Shown here piece by piece: positions 8,657 to 16,951 of a DNA stretch of 64,000 bases. The notes under the pieces were generated by a model. It worked only from the letters and a program-made list of their open reading frames with translations, was not told where the DNA came from and did no database searches. Made by a program: the position numbers and the translations under genes. The DNA comes from an uncultured Sphingobacterium sp. (GTDB lineage: Bacteria > Bacteroidota > Bacteroidia > SpSt-205), in NCBI GenBank assembly GCA_964489015.1, contig CAZAXD010000006.1:15574-79573 (forward strand), in the 5' to 3' direction. Within the stretch, counting starts at the first letter, position 1; each line of letters starts with the position of its first letter.

Positions 8657-10068
8657 GGTTGAAAGGCTGTTTGAACCGCTTGCAAAAAGCCAATCCGATC
8701 TCCCCCGAGCTGATGAAGCGGTAGGATGCAGAAAATCTGGCGATACTTACCAGGCGTAGTCCCCTCAGGAAAGCCTAAGACGGCGCTTTTCGGGAAGCCG
8801 TTGGGCCAAGACTGGCCTGTACCGGTCTGGAGGGTCGGCATCTCATAAAGCACCCGCGCTGTCCCTTTGACGTAAGGCGGATTAATGAGAGACATAAAGT
8901 ACGGTAAGCCGTTACGGAGATCCGGGAAGGCGGGCTCTTGGGCTGCAACGACCGCATTGGGTGCCAAAAGGCCGTTCTGCACACTAGAGCTAATACTATC
9001 CATGGGCCCCCAGCGAAAAATCGGCGAGAAGGTAGAGATAGTACTAAGGATCTGGCTGCAAATAAAAAGGCGCCCCCCGCTATTGAGATAGGTTTGGATG
9101 ACCTGCTCGACCTCTTCCAAACGGCTGAAACCGCCCTGGTCTGTCAGCCAAAAAATACGAGGATACAGCCGAAAGAGGTGTATCCAAGTGGGATTATAAA
9201 GGGGATGCAGGTTGCCGACTTGGCGGAGGTTCCAATGGTCATAGCTGCCCCAAGCCGCCGTGAAATCTGGGTCGAGATTAGCGAGGGCAGAGGCGTCACC
9301 CCACCCATCCAGCACCAGCCAGTCGCTTGCCTGCGGTCGAATGTAAATAGGCTTGGTGCTATCAACCTCTGAAAAGAGGTTACCGTTATCCTTGGCTCGG
9401 AAGTAGAGCCGGACTGTATCGCTCAAGGGTAACGCCTCCGGAATCGTCAAAATGGGCGTTAGGCTCGTGCCGCCATAGATGCGAGTAGGTGAGACGGCCC
9501 GGGGGTTATCGGAGACAAAGGAAAGCAAGGTGTTGCGCGGGGATAGCGCACGCCAGGGGCTATTCGGGCCAATTCGCACATAAAGCGAATCGAGGGTTTC
9601 AGAGCCATCCAAGTCATCAACCTGCAGGGATACGGTCAGCACTGGAAAGGTTGTGTCAGGAAGGCGGACAACCGCATCGATATAGCAAGTCGGCGGCGTA
9701 TTGCGCAGAGGCACCTGTAAGCGCACAGGCGGTTCCGTCCTGAGCCCATCATTGTCGAGGGCTCGCAGCTCAAAAGTGATATCTTTTTCAACCTCTCCCG
9801 TCTCAAAAGTCACGACAAACGTACTCTCCTGCGCCGTGGTAAAGGCCCAGGGCCCGCCGTCTTTACGAAGTTCATACCCCACCACATAGCCATCCGGATC
9901 ATCGCCACTCCAGGCCAGCTTGAAGCGGGAGGGAAGCCGGTCCATCCCAGATAGCCCGATAGAATCTACAAAGAAGCGGGCCACCGGGGCGAGCTTGGGC
10001 TTAGGGTTGTCTGCCTTGCGACAAGCTACGGCTGCTAGTAGTACGAGCCCTAAGAGCCTAAAGCGCAT
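8653..10068 (-). CDS. lipoprotein of unknown function (Ig-like N-terminal domains), first gene of the lipoprotein-TBDR operon
   Basis: 471 aa; signal peptide with lipobox LAAVAC; beta-rich repeats followed by an uncharacterised roughly 250 aa C-terminal domain. Exact -7 box 5 nt upstream. Confidence 0.55.
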   Translation of the reverse strand: MRFRLLGLVLLAAVACRKADNPKPKLAPVARFFVDSIGLSGMDRLPSRFKLAWSGDDPDGYVVGYELRKDGGPWAFTTAQESTFVVTFETGEVEKDITFELRALDNDGLRTEPPVRLQVPLRNTPPTCYIDAVVRLPDTTFPVLTVSLQVDDLDGSETLDSLYVRIGPNSPWRALSPRNTLLSFVSDNPRAVSPTRIYGGTSLTPILTIPEALPLSDTVRLYFRAKDNGNLFSEVDSTKPIYIRPQASDWLVLDGWGDASALANLDPDFTAAWGSYDHWNLRQVGNLHPLYNPTWIHLFRLYPRIFWLTDQGGFSRLEEVEQVIQTYLNSGGRLFICSQILSTISTFSPIFRWGPMDSISSSVQNGLLAPNAVVAAQEPAFPDLRNGLPYFMSLINPPYVKGTARVLYEMPTLQTGTGQSWPNGFPKSAVLGFPEGTTPGKYRQIFCILPLHQLGGDRIGFLQAVQTAFQP

Positions 10069-10073
10069 CCTTG

Positions 10074-10081
10074 CAAAGGTA
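10074..10081 (-). promoter_or_regulatory. -7 box (tacctttg) for lipoprotein-TBDR operon
   Basis: Exact motif 5 nt upstream of the ATG at 10068, in the 43-nt gap after fabH. Confidence 0.6.
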
Positions 10082-10111
10082 AAAGGGCTACGTTAGAGAG
10101 AAGTTAGAACG

Positions 10112-11098
10112 TCACCAGATAAGAGCCACACTCCCCCACGTGAAACCCGAGCCAAAAGCCGCTAAGACAACCTTATCACCTGGCCTGAGGCGCCCGTTTG
10201 CTTGGGCTTCATATAAACAAATCGGTATACTGGCCGCCGTCGTATTGCCGTACTTGTGTATATTGTTGTAAAACTTCTGCTCAAGGGGAAGGCCCAGGTT
10301 TTCCGCTACAGCCTGCACGATTCGAAGGTTGGCTTGGTGTAGTACAAATAAATCTACCTCCCCAGGTGACCAGCCCTGGGCAGAAAGGACGGCCTGGATC
10401 GCTTCGGTCATGCGCTGAACAGCATGTCGAAAGACCTCCCGACCATTCATATACGGACGCGTGCCATGACTGCCGGGGATCCGGTGATCGCGCTGTCGTG
10501 AGGAGGGCTCCGCTATACATAACTCCATCGCATAAGCCCCTTGACTAAAAAGGTGAGTCGACAAAATACCTCGCGCTTCTTCACCCGCCTCCAAGAGCAG
10601 AGCCCCAGCCCCATCCCCGAAGAGCACCCCAACAGTACGCCCCTCTGGCGAGTAATCAATCCATGTAGACTGGACCTCTGCCCCAACGACCAGAATCCGC
10701 TTGTACATGCCTGAGCGGATATATTGATCCGCTACGCTAAGGCCATAGATAAAACCAGAACACTGCATCCGGATATCTAACGCAGGGGTCGTTTCGAGGC
10801 CCAGCCGATACTGAAGCAAAACCCCACTTCCAGGGAAATAGAGATCGGGACTTAGCGTGGCAAAGATGATAAGGTCCAATTCTTGGGATGACCAGCCTGC
10901 CTTTTGGAGCGCCTCTTGGGCTGCATAGTAGCCTAGCTCAGCTGTACTGGCCGGCTCATCTATCCAGCGACGCGCTTTGATCCCCGAGCGTGTCACTATC
11001 CACTCATCGCTAGTATCCCAGTACTGCGTTAGCTCTTCGTTTGTCACAATCCGCGGCGGAACATACATTCCTATGGAACGGACTATACTACTAGGCAT
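10112..11098 (-). CDS. fabH: 3-oxoacyl-ACP synthase III
   Basis: N-terminus MPSSIVRSIGMYVPPRIVTNEEL aligns with FabH; active-site region ...CSGF...; C-terminus HQANLRI...GNTTAASIP. Start set at the internal ATG (11098) preceded by a -7 box. Confidence 0.9.
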   Translation of the reverse strand: MPSSIVRSIGMYVPPRIVTNEELTQYWDTSDEWIVTRSGIKARRWIDEPASTAELGYYAAQEALQKAGWSSQELDLIIFATLSPDLYFPGSGVLLQYRLGLETTPALDIRMQCSGFIYGLSVADQYIRSGMYKRILVVGAEVQSTWIDYSPEGRTVGVLFGDGAGALLLEAGEEARGILSTHLFSQGAYAMELCIAEPSSRQRDHRIPGSHGTRPYMNGREVFRHAVQRMTEAIQAVLSAQGWSPGEVDLFVLHQANLRIVQAVAENLGLPLEQKFYNNIHKYGNTTAASIPICLYEAQANGRLRPGDKVVLAAFGSGFTWGSVALIW

Positions 11099-11101
11099 GC
11101 A

Positions 11102-11109
11102 CAAAGATA
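11102..11109 (-). promoter_or_regulatory. -7 box (tatctttg) for fabH
   Basis: Exact motif 3 nt upstream of the internal ATG at 11098. Confidence 0.6.
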
Positions 11110-11123
11110 AAGAGCATAAATTG

Positions 11124-12047
11124 TCAGATCTGGCGGAGAAGGCGCTGCAGAACTTTCTCAAAACGTTTCACATCCACGATCAAATCCGCAATGTCCATGA
11201 TGGTCCTAAAAGGTTCTGATAACGACCTGCAAAGTAGCCGCTCATATGGATGACCCAAGACACAAGCTAAAAACTCATAGGGAGCGTGTACAGGGTTCTT
11301 AGCTAAATACAGTTCTAATACCCAACTACCTGAAGGCATAAACAGCACATTCGTTAGACCGGCCCCGTGAATAGAGATTATCAGCTTTGCTGTCGAGAAT
11401 AAGAAAATCTGCTCCTTCAGAGATAGCTTTTCTGCATATATCACCTCGATGCCGTACTTTTGTAGAATAGGTAATAATTCCTCTTCATTGGAGACTTTGC
11501 GTCGAGTAGCATACCGTCGGCTGACATAAAGCAAGCGATGGGGAGGAGAGGATAGAATCCCGAGCTTATCAAAAAAGCGCTCCCGAAGGGCTTCCAGATG
11601 GCTAGGATTACTATAACCAGACCAAGGATTTTCTGGTATCTCCAGAGTTCTCAGCCAGAAATTAGAATTAGGTGGAATTGCATGTATTTTCTTTATGCCT
11701 AAGATCTCCAGGCTTTCAAAGGCAAAGCTTGGATAATTTTCTGGGATGAGTAAGATCTTTTCATGTGGGTCTGAGATATGAAGCAAGCGCACTAGAGACT
11801 CCATCATCCAGTGGTAATACCCATTACTCCAGTGATTATGGATAATATAGGCCTGCTCTGAGAAGCGGGGAAACCGAGTGAGCTGAGTTAGGGCTTTGTA
11901 AAGAGCATACAGGTGAAAGTGCTTCTTAGGTATCCCATCAAAGACGGAATGAGGAACGAGCTTCAGCCCTTTGAGAACGATGCCTGTAGGGATAAGCAGC
12001 ACATTCCGGAAGGTTCCGACGGAAAGATGGGCCTTATACGTAGGCAT
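11124..12047 (-). CDS. DUF563 / GT61-family glycosyltransferase-like protein
   Basis: 307 aa; HWMMESLVRLLHI and other DUF563 (capsular polysaccharide biosynthesis, GT61-like) motifs. Confidence 0.55.
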   Translation of the reverse strand: MPTYKAHLSVGTFRNVLLIPTGIVLKGLKLVPHSVFDGIPKKHFHLYALYKALTQLTRFPRFSEQAYIIHNHWSNGYYHWMMESLVRLLHISDPHEKILLIPENYPSFAFESLEILGIKKIHAIPPNSNFWLRTLEIPENPWSGYSNPSHLEALRERFFDKLGILSSPPHRLLYVSRRYATRRKVSNEEELLPILQKYGIEVIYAEKLSLKEQIFLFSTAKLIISIHGAGLTNVLFMPSGSWVLELYLAKNPVHAPYEFLACVLGHPYERLLCRSLSEPFRTIMDIADLIVDVKRFEKVLQRLLRQI

Positions 12048-12063
12048 AAAAGGGGAAAAAGGA

Positions 12064-12342
12064 TTAGCGGATGCGAAAGGCGCTATCCTGTGCTAGAGCC
12101 AGGCCAGTGGTAATCTCTACCCGTTCAACCTTGGCGGCAGGCGAGCCTCGATGGGCCCATTGGACGAACTGCTGCACGGCCTCTAAGGATCCCTCCACTT
12201 CGGCAGTGACCGAGCCGTCTGGCTCATTTTGGACATAGCCTCCCAGTCCCAGCGCTTGCGCAGTCATTTGGGCATACTTCCGGAAAAAGACACCCTGTAC
12301 GCGCCCATAGATGTGAAGGCGATAACGGACGCGCTCCGCCAT
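12064..12342 (-). CDS. acyP: acylphosphatase
   Basis: 92 aa; VQGVFFRKY...[11 protein letters not shown]...VEG acylphosphatase signature. Confidence 0.85.
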   Translation of the reverse strand: MAERVRYRLHIYGRVQGVFFRKYAQMTAQALGLGGYVQNEPDGSVTAEVEGSLEAVQQFVQWAHRGSPAAKVERVEITTGLALAQDSAFRIR

Positions 12343-12359
12343 AGGGTTAATTCAGCCGC

Positions 12360-13508
12360 TCAAAAATACCTGCAATGCCCTGCGGTCACTAGACCATATT
12401 TCCCCCCGCGCCGACGCAGTTCGTTTAGGATCTGGACGGTGAGCTTAGCCCCGGTACACCCGAGAGGATGGCCGAGGGCAATAGCCCCCCCATTCACATT
12501 GAGCCGATCAACGGGCAGGTCGGCCAGCTTGACGACGGCCAAACTTTGCGCCGCAAAAGCTTCATTGAGCTCGATAAGGTCGATATCTGCTAGGGAGAGC
12601 CCAGCTCGGCGCAAGGCCTTGGGGATTGCTTCCACTGGGCCGATACCCATGTAACGCGGTTCGACGCCAGCCACCGCATACCCGCGCAAGACAGCGATAG
12701 GCTTGAGCTCATGCTGTTTTAGAAAGCGTTCACTCACGACCAGCACGAAGGCAGCCCCGTCCGAGGTCTGAGAGGAATTACCCGCTGTGACCCGGCCATT
12801 AGCAGCAAAGACGGGCTTGAGCTTGGCCAGAGCCTCTAGGCTGGTATCGGCGCGGGGGCCTTCGTCGGTATCGTGTACATAGCGACTCTCCTGCCGCTTA
12901 CCCTTTACGACACGGACATCCAGCACCTCGAGTGGGACGATCTCGTCCTTGAACCGGCCTGCCTGGATAGCCGCTATCGCCTTTTGATGAGACTGTAACG
13001 CAAAGGCATCCGATTCCTCCCGACTAATACCATACTTCTGCGCTACGGCTTCCGCCGTCATGCCCATGCCGAAGTACCAGTCGGGCACTTGCAACGCATA
13101 CTCGTAATTAGGCACGATACGCCAGCCCCCCATGGGAACAAGCGACATCGTTTCGGTTCCGCCCGCTAAGATGGCATCCGCATCCCCAGACCGTATTTTC
13201 GCGACAGCCATGGCGATGGCTTCCAGCCCAGATGCACAATACCGGTTGATAGTCGCAGCCGGCAAGGGGGTTCCTATCGCCTTGAGGGCAATATATCGGG
13301 CCATATTCAGCCCCTGCTCCGCTTCGGGAATGGCGTTTCCACAAATTAGATCATCAATGGCGGTCGCGAAACCGATATGAGGCAGATCTTGTTTGATACG
13401 CTCAATAACGGCAACAGCCATGTCATCTGGTCGAACGTTTCGAAGGCGTCCCCGCGGGGCTTTACCAATGGCTGTACGATAGCCAGCTACCAGGTAGGCT
13501 TCTTGCAT
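12360..13508 (-). CDS. acetyl-CoA C-acyltransferase (thiolase)
   Basis: 382 aa; thiolase N- and C-terminal domains ([11 protein letters not shown]..., [11 protein letters not shown]..., [18 protein letters not shown]). -7 box 4 nt upstream. Confidence 0.9.
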   Translation of the reverse strand: MQEAYLVAGYRTAIGKAPRGRLRNVRPDDMAVAVIERIKQDLPHIGFATAIDDLICGNAIPEAEQGLNMARYIALKAIGTPLPAATINRYCASGLEAIAMAVAKIRSGDADAILAGGTETMSLVPMGGWRIVPNYEYALQVPDWYFGMGMTAEAVAQKYGISREESDAFALQSHQKAIAAIQAGRFKDEIVPLEVLDVRVVKGKRQESRYVHDTDEGPRADTSLEALAKLKPVFAANGRVTAGNSSQTSDGAAFVLVVSERFLKQHELKPIAVLRGYAVAGVEPRYMGIGPVEAIPKALRRAGLSLADIDLIELNEAFAAQSLAVVKLADLPVDRLNVNGGAIALGHPLGCTGAKLTVQILNELRRRGGKYGLVTAGHCRYF

Positions 13509-13512
13509 AGGA

Positions 13513-13520
13513 CAAATATA
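13513..13520 (-). promoter_or_regulatory. -7 box (tatatttg) for thiolase-acyP operon
   Basis: Exact motif 4 nt upstream of the ATG at 13508. The string tatatttgtcctATG recurs at the T9SS cargo gene. Confidence 0.6.
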
Positions 13521-13523
13521 CGT

Positions 13524-14165
13524 TTAGGCGGAGAGACGAAAGACTTCTCCCCCTGGGGTGACCTCCATTTGAAGCGTGCCTGCGATGAGGTACTTGATGA
13601 GAATCTTACGAGCCTTCCAAGCTCGGCGGCGCCCGAGAAGGGCCTGATACGTAGTCTCATTGATAGTAGGATGAGTCCTGAGATACTCTAAGAGAATATG
13701 CTCTTCCTGCCGAAAGTAGATACGCTGGGGTTTCTTTTCGGCCCTCCAGAACTCTTCTAAAAAGCCCCCGGCCAGACGGGTCTGATCGGCCACCCGCACA
13801 TAGGCCCGGGGCTTGTCGTCCTCCTCTAGGGCGTAAAAGGGGCGTTCGGCGGGCCTAGGCGGCACGTAAATTTCTAGAAGCGCCTTCCCGTCTATCTCGT
13901 AGGTTCGAGCTTCAAATGAAACAGGGGGCATGACATAGCGCCGGGCCGCCAGGTCAATCATGTGATATTCCTGCTCGGGATCGATGCCTAGGATGCGCCC
14001 ATTGTCTTTGACGCCGATGAGCAGGCTCCCACCCTGGGTATTTGCAAAAGCAGCCAACGTCCGGGCAATCTTTCTAGCGCTATCGATGCGCTGCTTGAAA
14101 TCGAGCTGTAGCCCTTCCCCCTGTGCGATGCGTGCTAGCAGGGAGGCCACTTCCCCCCCTCGCAT
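13524..14165 (-). CDS. AlbA_2 (Schlafen-like putative DNA-binding) domain protein with C-terminal wHTH-like region
   Basis: LQLDFKQRI...ARKIARTLAAFANTQGGSLLIGVKDNGRILG matches the AlbA_2 / divergent-AAA N-domain. Start moved to the internal ATG (14165), which has an exact -7 box 6 nt upstream. Confidence 0.65.
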   Translation of the reverse strand: MRGGEVASLLARIAQGEGLQLDFKQRIDSARKIARTLAAFANTQGGSLLIGVKDNGRILGIDPEQEYHMIDLAARRYVMPPVSFEARTYEIDGKALLEIYVPPRPAERPFYALEEDDKPRAYVRVADQTRLAGGFLEEFWRAEKKPQRIYFRQEEHILLEYLRTHPTINETTYQALLGRRRAWKARKILIKYLIAGTLQMEVTPGGEVFRLSA

Positions 14166-14171
14166 GTCAAA

Positions 14172-14179
14172 CAAAGGTA
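14172..14179 (-). promoter_or_regulatory. -7 box (tacctttg) for AlbA_2 gene
   Basis: Exact motif 6 nt upstream of the ATG at 14165. Confidence 0.55.
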
Positions 14180-14193
14180 CGGGTTTTACGCCG

Positions 14194-14201
14194 TATGTTT
14201 G
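14194..14201 (+). promoter_or_regulatory. -7 box (tatgtttg) for fabG
   Basis: Exact motif 4 nt upstream of the in-frame GTG at 14206. Back-to-back with the AlbA_2 box. Confidence 0.55.
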
Positions 14202-14205
14202 CAGG

Positions 14206-14931
14206 GTGATTGCCCTTGATGGAATGGTTATCCTAGTCACCGGCGGCAGCCGTGGCATAGGTCGCGCTATCGTAGAGACGCTTGCTCAGGCTGGTGCCAG
14301 GGTCGCTTTTACCTACCGGGGTGCTACCGCAGCGGCCCAGGCGCTCGTTGAGGCTTATCCGGCGCACGTGCGGGCTTATCAAGCCGATGTCACCGATGGT
14401 AGTCGAGCAGAAGCCATCATCGAAGAGATTGTACAAACCTGGGGACGGCTGGATGGCCTCGTCAATAACGCCGGCATTACGCAAGACAACCTTCTCCTGC
14501 GACTCACCGAAGCGCAGTGGGATGCTGTGATGACTACAAATCTAAAAGGTCCATTCTTGTACACCAAAGCAGCCCTCAAGCTCATGCTCCGCCAACGAAA
14601 AGGCAGTATCGTTAATATAAGCTCCATCGTGGGTCTAAGTGGTAACCCCGGCCAGACAAATTACGCAGCCGCAAAGGCCGGCCTCATCGCTTTCACCAAG
14701 TCCCTAGCTAAGGAGGTGGGCTCTCGCAATATCCGAGTCAATGCGATAGCCCCAGGCTTTATCCAAACTGATATGACAGCCAACCTACCTGCCGAAGGCT
14801 GGAAAGATCGCGTAGCCTTAGGACGGCTCGGGCAGCCAGCCGAGGTCGCTACCGTGTGCGCCTTCCTGCTTTCCGACGCCGCTTCTTATATCACGAGCCA
14901 GGTCATCGTCGTAGACGGCGGAATGCTATAA
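14206..14931 (+). CDS. fabG: 3-oxoacyl-ACP reductase
   Basis: VTGGSRGIGRA...NNAG...YAAAKAG SDR motifs; about 241 aa from the GTG at 14206, which follows a -7 box by 4 nt. The ORF caller's longer N-terminus overlaps the divergent gene. Confidence 0.85.
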   Translation: MIALDGMVILVTGGSRGIGRAIVETLAQAGARVAFTYRGATAAAQALVEAYPAHVRAYQADVTDGSRAEAIIEEIVQTWGRLDGLVNNAGITQDNLLLRLTEAQWDAVMTTNLKGPFLYTKAALKLMLRQRKGSIVNISSIVGLSGNPGQTNYAAAKAGLIAFTKSLAKEVGSRNIRVNAIAPGFIQTDMTANLPAEGWKDRVALGRLGQPAEVATVCAFLLSDAASYITSQVIVVDGGML

Positions 14932-16282
14932 GTCCTAAAGCCCCTAAGCCGACTACGCTATAAACTATTCGACTAACTAAGGGCCCGCCCCCCCCCAGAA
15001 TAAGAAGTAAGCCCACTAACCCAATCCCTACGCCTACCCCAGTCAAGGGAAAAGCGCCTTGTAAGTGCCTCCGCCCCAGAAAGAGCGAAACAGAAACCAT
15101 GGCACCGTAAGCTAATAGCGTTACCCAAGCACAGGCCCAGTAGCCATAGCGCGGAATGCCCCACAGGTTTCCTACTAGGGTGATCAGGCTACCTATAGCT
15201 GTAATACCTAGACCTGCATCTGGGCGCTGCTTGAGCTTATACCACACGGAGGCCTGTACTAAAGAGCCCATAAGCAGATTCGCAAAAAGTAGAAGGGGCA
15301 CTACTCCGAGCGCAGACCAGTACAAAGGTGGCAGAAGCGGTGCAGGCAGCAGCCCACCCCAAGTTGTAGTTAGCAATGGCTGTACCCAAAGACCTATACA
15401 AAGCACCCCGCTAAGGCTGACCCAGTGGAAGGCTTCCCAACTGCGGGCATACAAGCGCGCATTTCCGGCCGCCTCCCGTAAGAAAAGAGGCTCCGCTGCT
15501 TGCCGATAGGCTTGTACGAAAAGTGCTAATAGCGTGGCCACTTTGTAGGCTATACCGTATAAGGCTGTTTGAATGCGGTCATGCTGCGCTAATAGGATGC
15601 GATCCAATACATCATTGGTAGCGCCCAGAAGACCCATTCCCGCCAGCACCGCCCCATATCGAAGGAGCGTCCCATAGCTAGGCGTTCTTTCTGTAAGTGC
15701 TTCTGTGAGCGGTGCCCAAGCCAGCGCCCAGACCAGCTTAAAAAGCGAAGCAAAAAGATTAGCCCCTAAAATATAAGCCAAGCCATACCCTTTCCAGCCG
15801 ACCCCATAAATATTGAGAGACAGGAGCAGGAACACATGAGCCAGTTGAATGGTGGCATAACGAAGCGGACGCCCCATGGCGCGCTGATGAGCCAGCGCTA
15901 AAGCAGCCCAAGCGTCCACGCTCCAGATGCCGATCGCATACCACAGCAAGGCCTCGCGGCCCGCATAGCCTATCGCTTCGCCCCATAAGGGAAGGCTTAG
16001 CCCTAGCCCGAAAGCAGTGAGACCACCTAAGCCTAAGCTAAGTCCAAGCGCCCGACGAAACACCCCCGGCGCTTGCTTACTAAACCGAAAATAAGCCGTC
16101 TCCATCCCCAAGCTCGCCCAAATAGAGCCAAAAACGATATAAGCGTAGAGCTCATTGAGTCGACCAAACTCCTCGGGAGCCAACCGATAAGCATACAAGG
16201 GCGTAAGAAGCCAGTTTAAGAACCGCCCCAGTACGGTAGTGAGACCATAAATCAAGCTATGATAAGCTAATCGCCGCAGCAC
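14903..16282 (-). CDS. polysaccharide biosynthesis / oligosaccharide flippase (MOP/Wzx-like) membrane protein
   Basis: About 459 aa polytopic membrane protein with flippase-like sequence. Start reassigned to the GTG at 16282, because the caller's TTG is part of the -7 box tacctttg. Confidence 0.65.
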   Translation of the reverse strand: MLRRLAYHSLIYGLTTVLGRFLNWLLTPLYAYRLAPEEFGRLNELYAYIVFGSIWASLGMETAYFRFSKQAPGVFRRALGLSLGLGGLTAFGLGLSLPLWGEAIGYAGREALLWYAIGIWSVDAWAALALAHQRAMGRPLRYATIQLAHVFLLLSLNIYGVGWKGYGLAYILGANLFASLFKLVWALAWAPLTEALTERTPSYGTLLRYGAVLAGMGLLGATNDVLDRILLAQHDRIQTALYGIAYKVATLLALFVQAYRQAAEPLFLREAAGNARLYARSWEAFHWVSLSGVLCIGLWVQPLLTTTWGGLLPAPLLPPLYWSALGVVPLLLFANLLMGSLVQASVWYKLKQRPDAGLGITAIGSLITLVGNLWGIPRYGYWACAWVTLLAYGAMVSVSLFLGRRHLQGAFPLTGVGVGIGLVGLLLILGGGGPLVSRIVYSVVGLGALGLIAFRRLRR

Positions 16283-16288
16283 CCCGCG

Positions 16289-16296
16289 CAAAGGTA
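16289..16296 (-). promoter_or_regulatory. -7 box (tacctttg) for flippase gene
   Basis: Exact motif 6 nt upstream of the GTG at 16282. Confidence 0.55.
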
Positions 16297-16357
16297 AAGG
16301 CCGAGCCCCTTGCGGATATTAGCGCTTGACATTCAACCGACCTCCTCAAAGCGGGAA

Positions 16358-16374
16358 GCCCCCCATAGGGGGGC
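16358..16374 (-). terminator. GC hairpin downstream of the beta-barrel gene (possible terminator)
   Basis: gcccccc-ata-ggggggc, a 7-bp G/C stem with a 3-nt loop, in the 112-nt gap between the beta-barrel gene stop and the flippase promoter. The downstream U-tract is weak. Confidence 0.35.
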
Positions 16375-16403
16375 AAAACCCAGACCACCCAACTAAAGAC
16401 CCC

Positions 16404-16883
16404 TTAGAAGCGAATCCGGATGCCGCCGCCCACGTCAAACCGTATGCCTTCCGCAGTCAGCGGCTTTTGGAGAGCGACCTCGCCAAAAAGCTCGATTACA
16501 CTGATCGGCACTAGCAAGCCGCCTCCGATATGCCCCAGAAGGTCACTTGAACCGCCTTCGGGGCGATAAGCGAATCGCATCCCCGCATCGAGATAGGGAC
16601 TAACCACCACGCTCCGGCGGTAGCAGACCCCACCGCTACACCCTCCCCCCACCTCAAATAACGTCTGTACAGAAACGCCAGCCATGTATCCACCTCGCCC
16701 GAAAAGCCCCCCCATCACCGTCATGCCTACCCGCGAAAAATCTCCCCCCACCATGAAGCGCGCATTCACCGCGCGAATGCCCTCCTTGCTTACATAGACA
16801 CCAATGGCTCGGCTGCCATCATCTTGGGCGAGCGCTACGCTCAAGCCCATCAGAAACCCGAGAATTTTTAGCTCGTTGCGCAT
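16404..16883 (-). CDS. small outer-membrane beta-barrel protein
   Basis: 159 aa; signal peptide ...ALAQ; alternating hydrophobic beta-strand pattern; ends ...IRIRF (aromatic C-terminus). Confidence 0.5.
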   Translation of the reverse strand: MRNELKILGFLMGLSVALAQDDGSRAIGVYVSKEGIRAVNARFMVGGDFSRVGMTVMGGLFGRGGYMAGVSVQTLFEVGGGCSGGVCYRRSVVVSPYLDAGMRFAYRPEGGSSDLLGHIGGGLLVPISVIELFGEVALQKPLTAEGIRFDVGGGIRIRF

Positions 16884-16951
16884 AACGCTAGGTATACGCT
16901 GACATTAGGCCTAGGGTTGCACGGCAGCCGCCGGCCGGGCTTTAGACAGGC

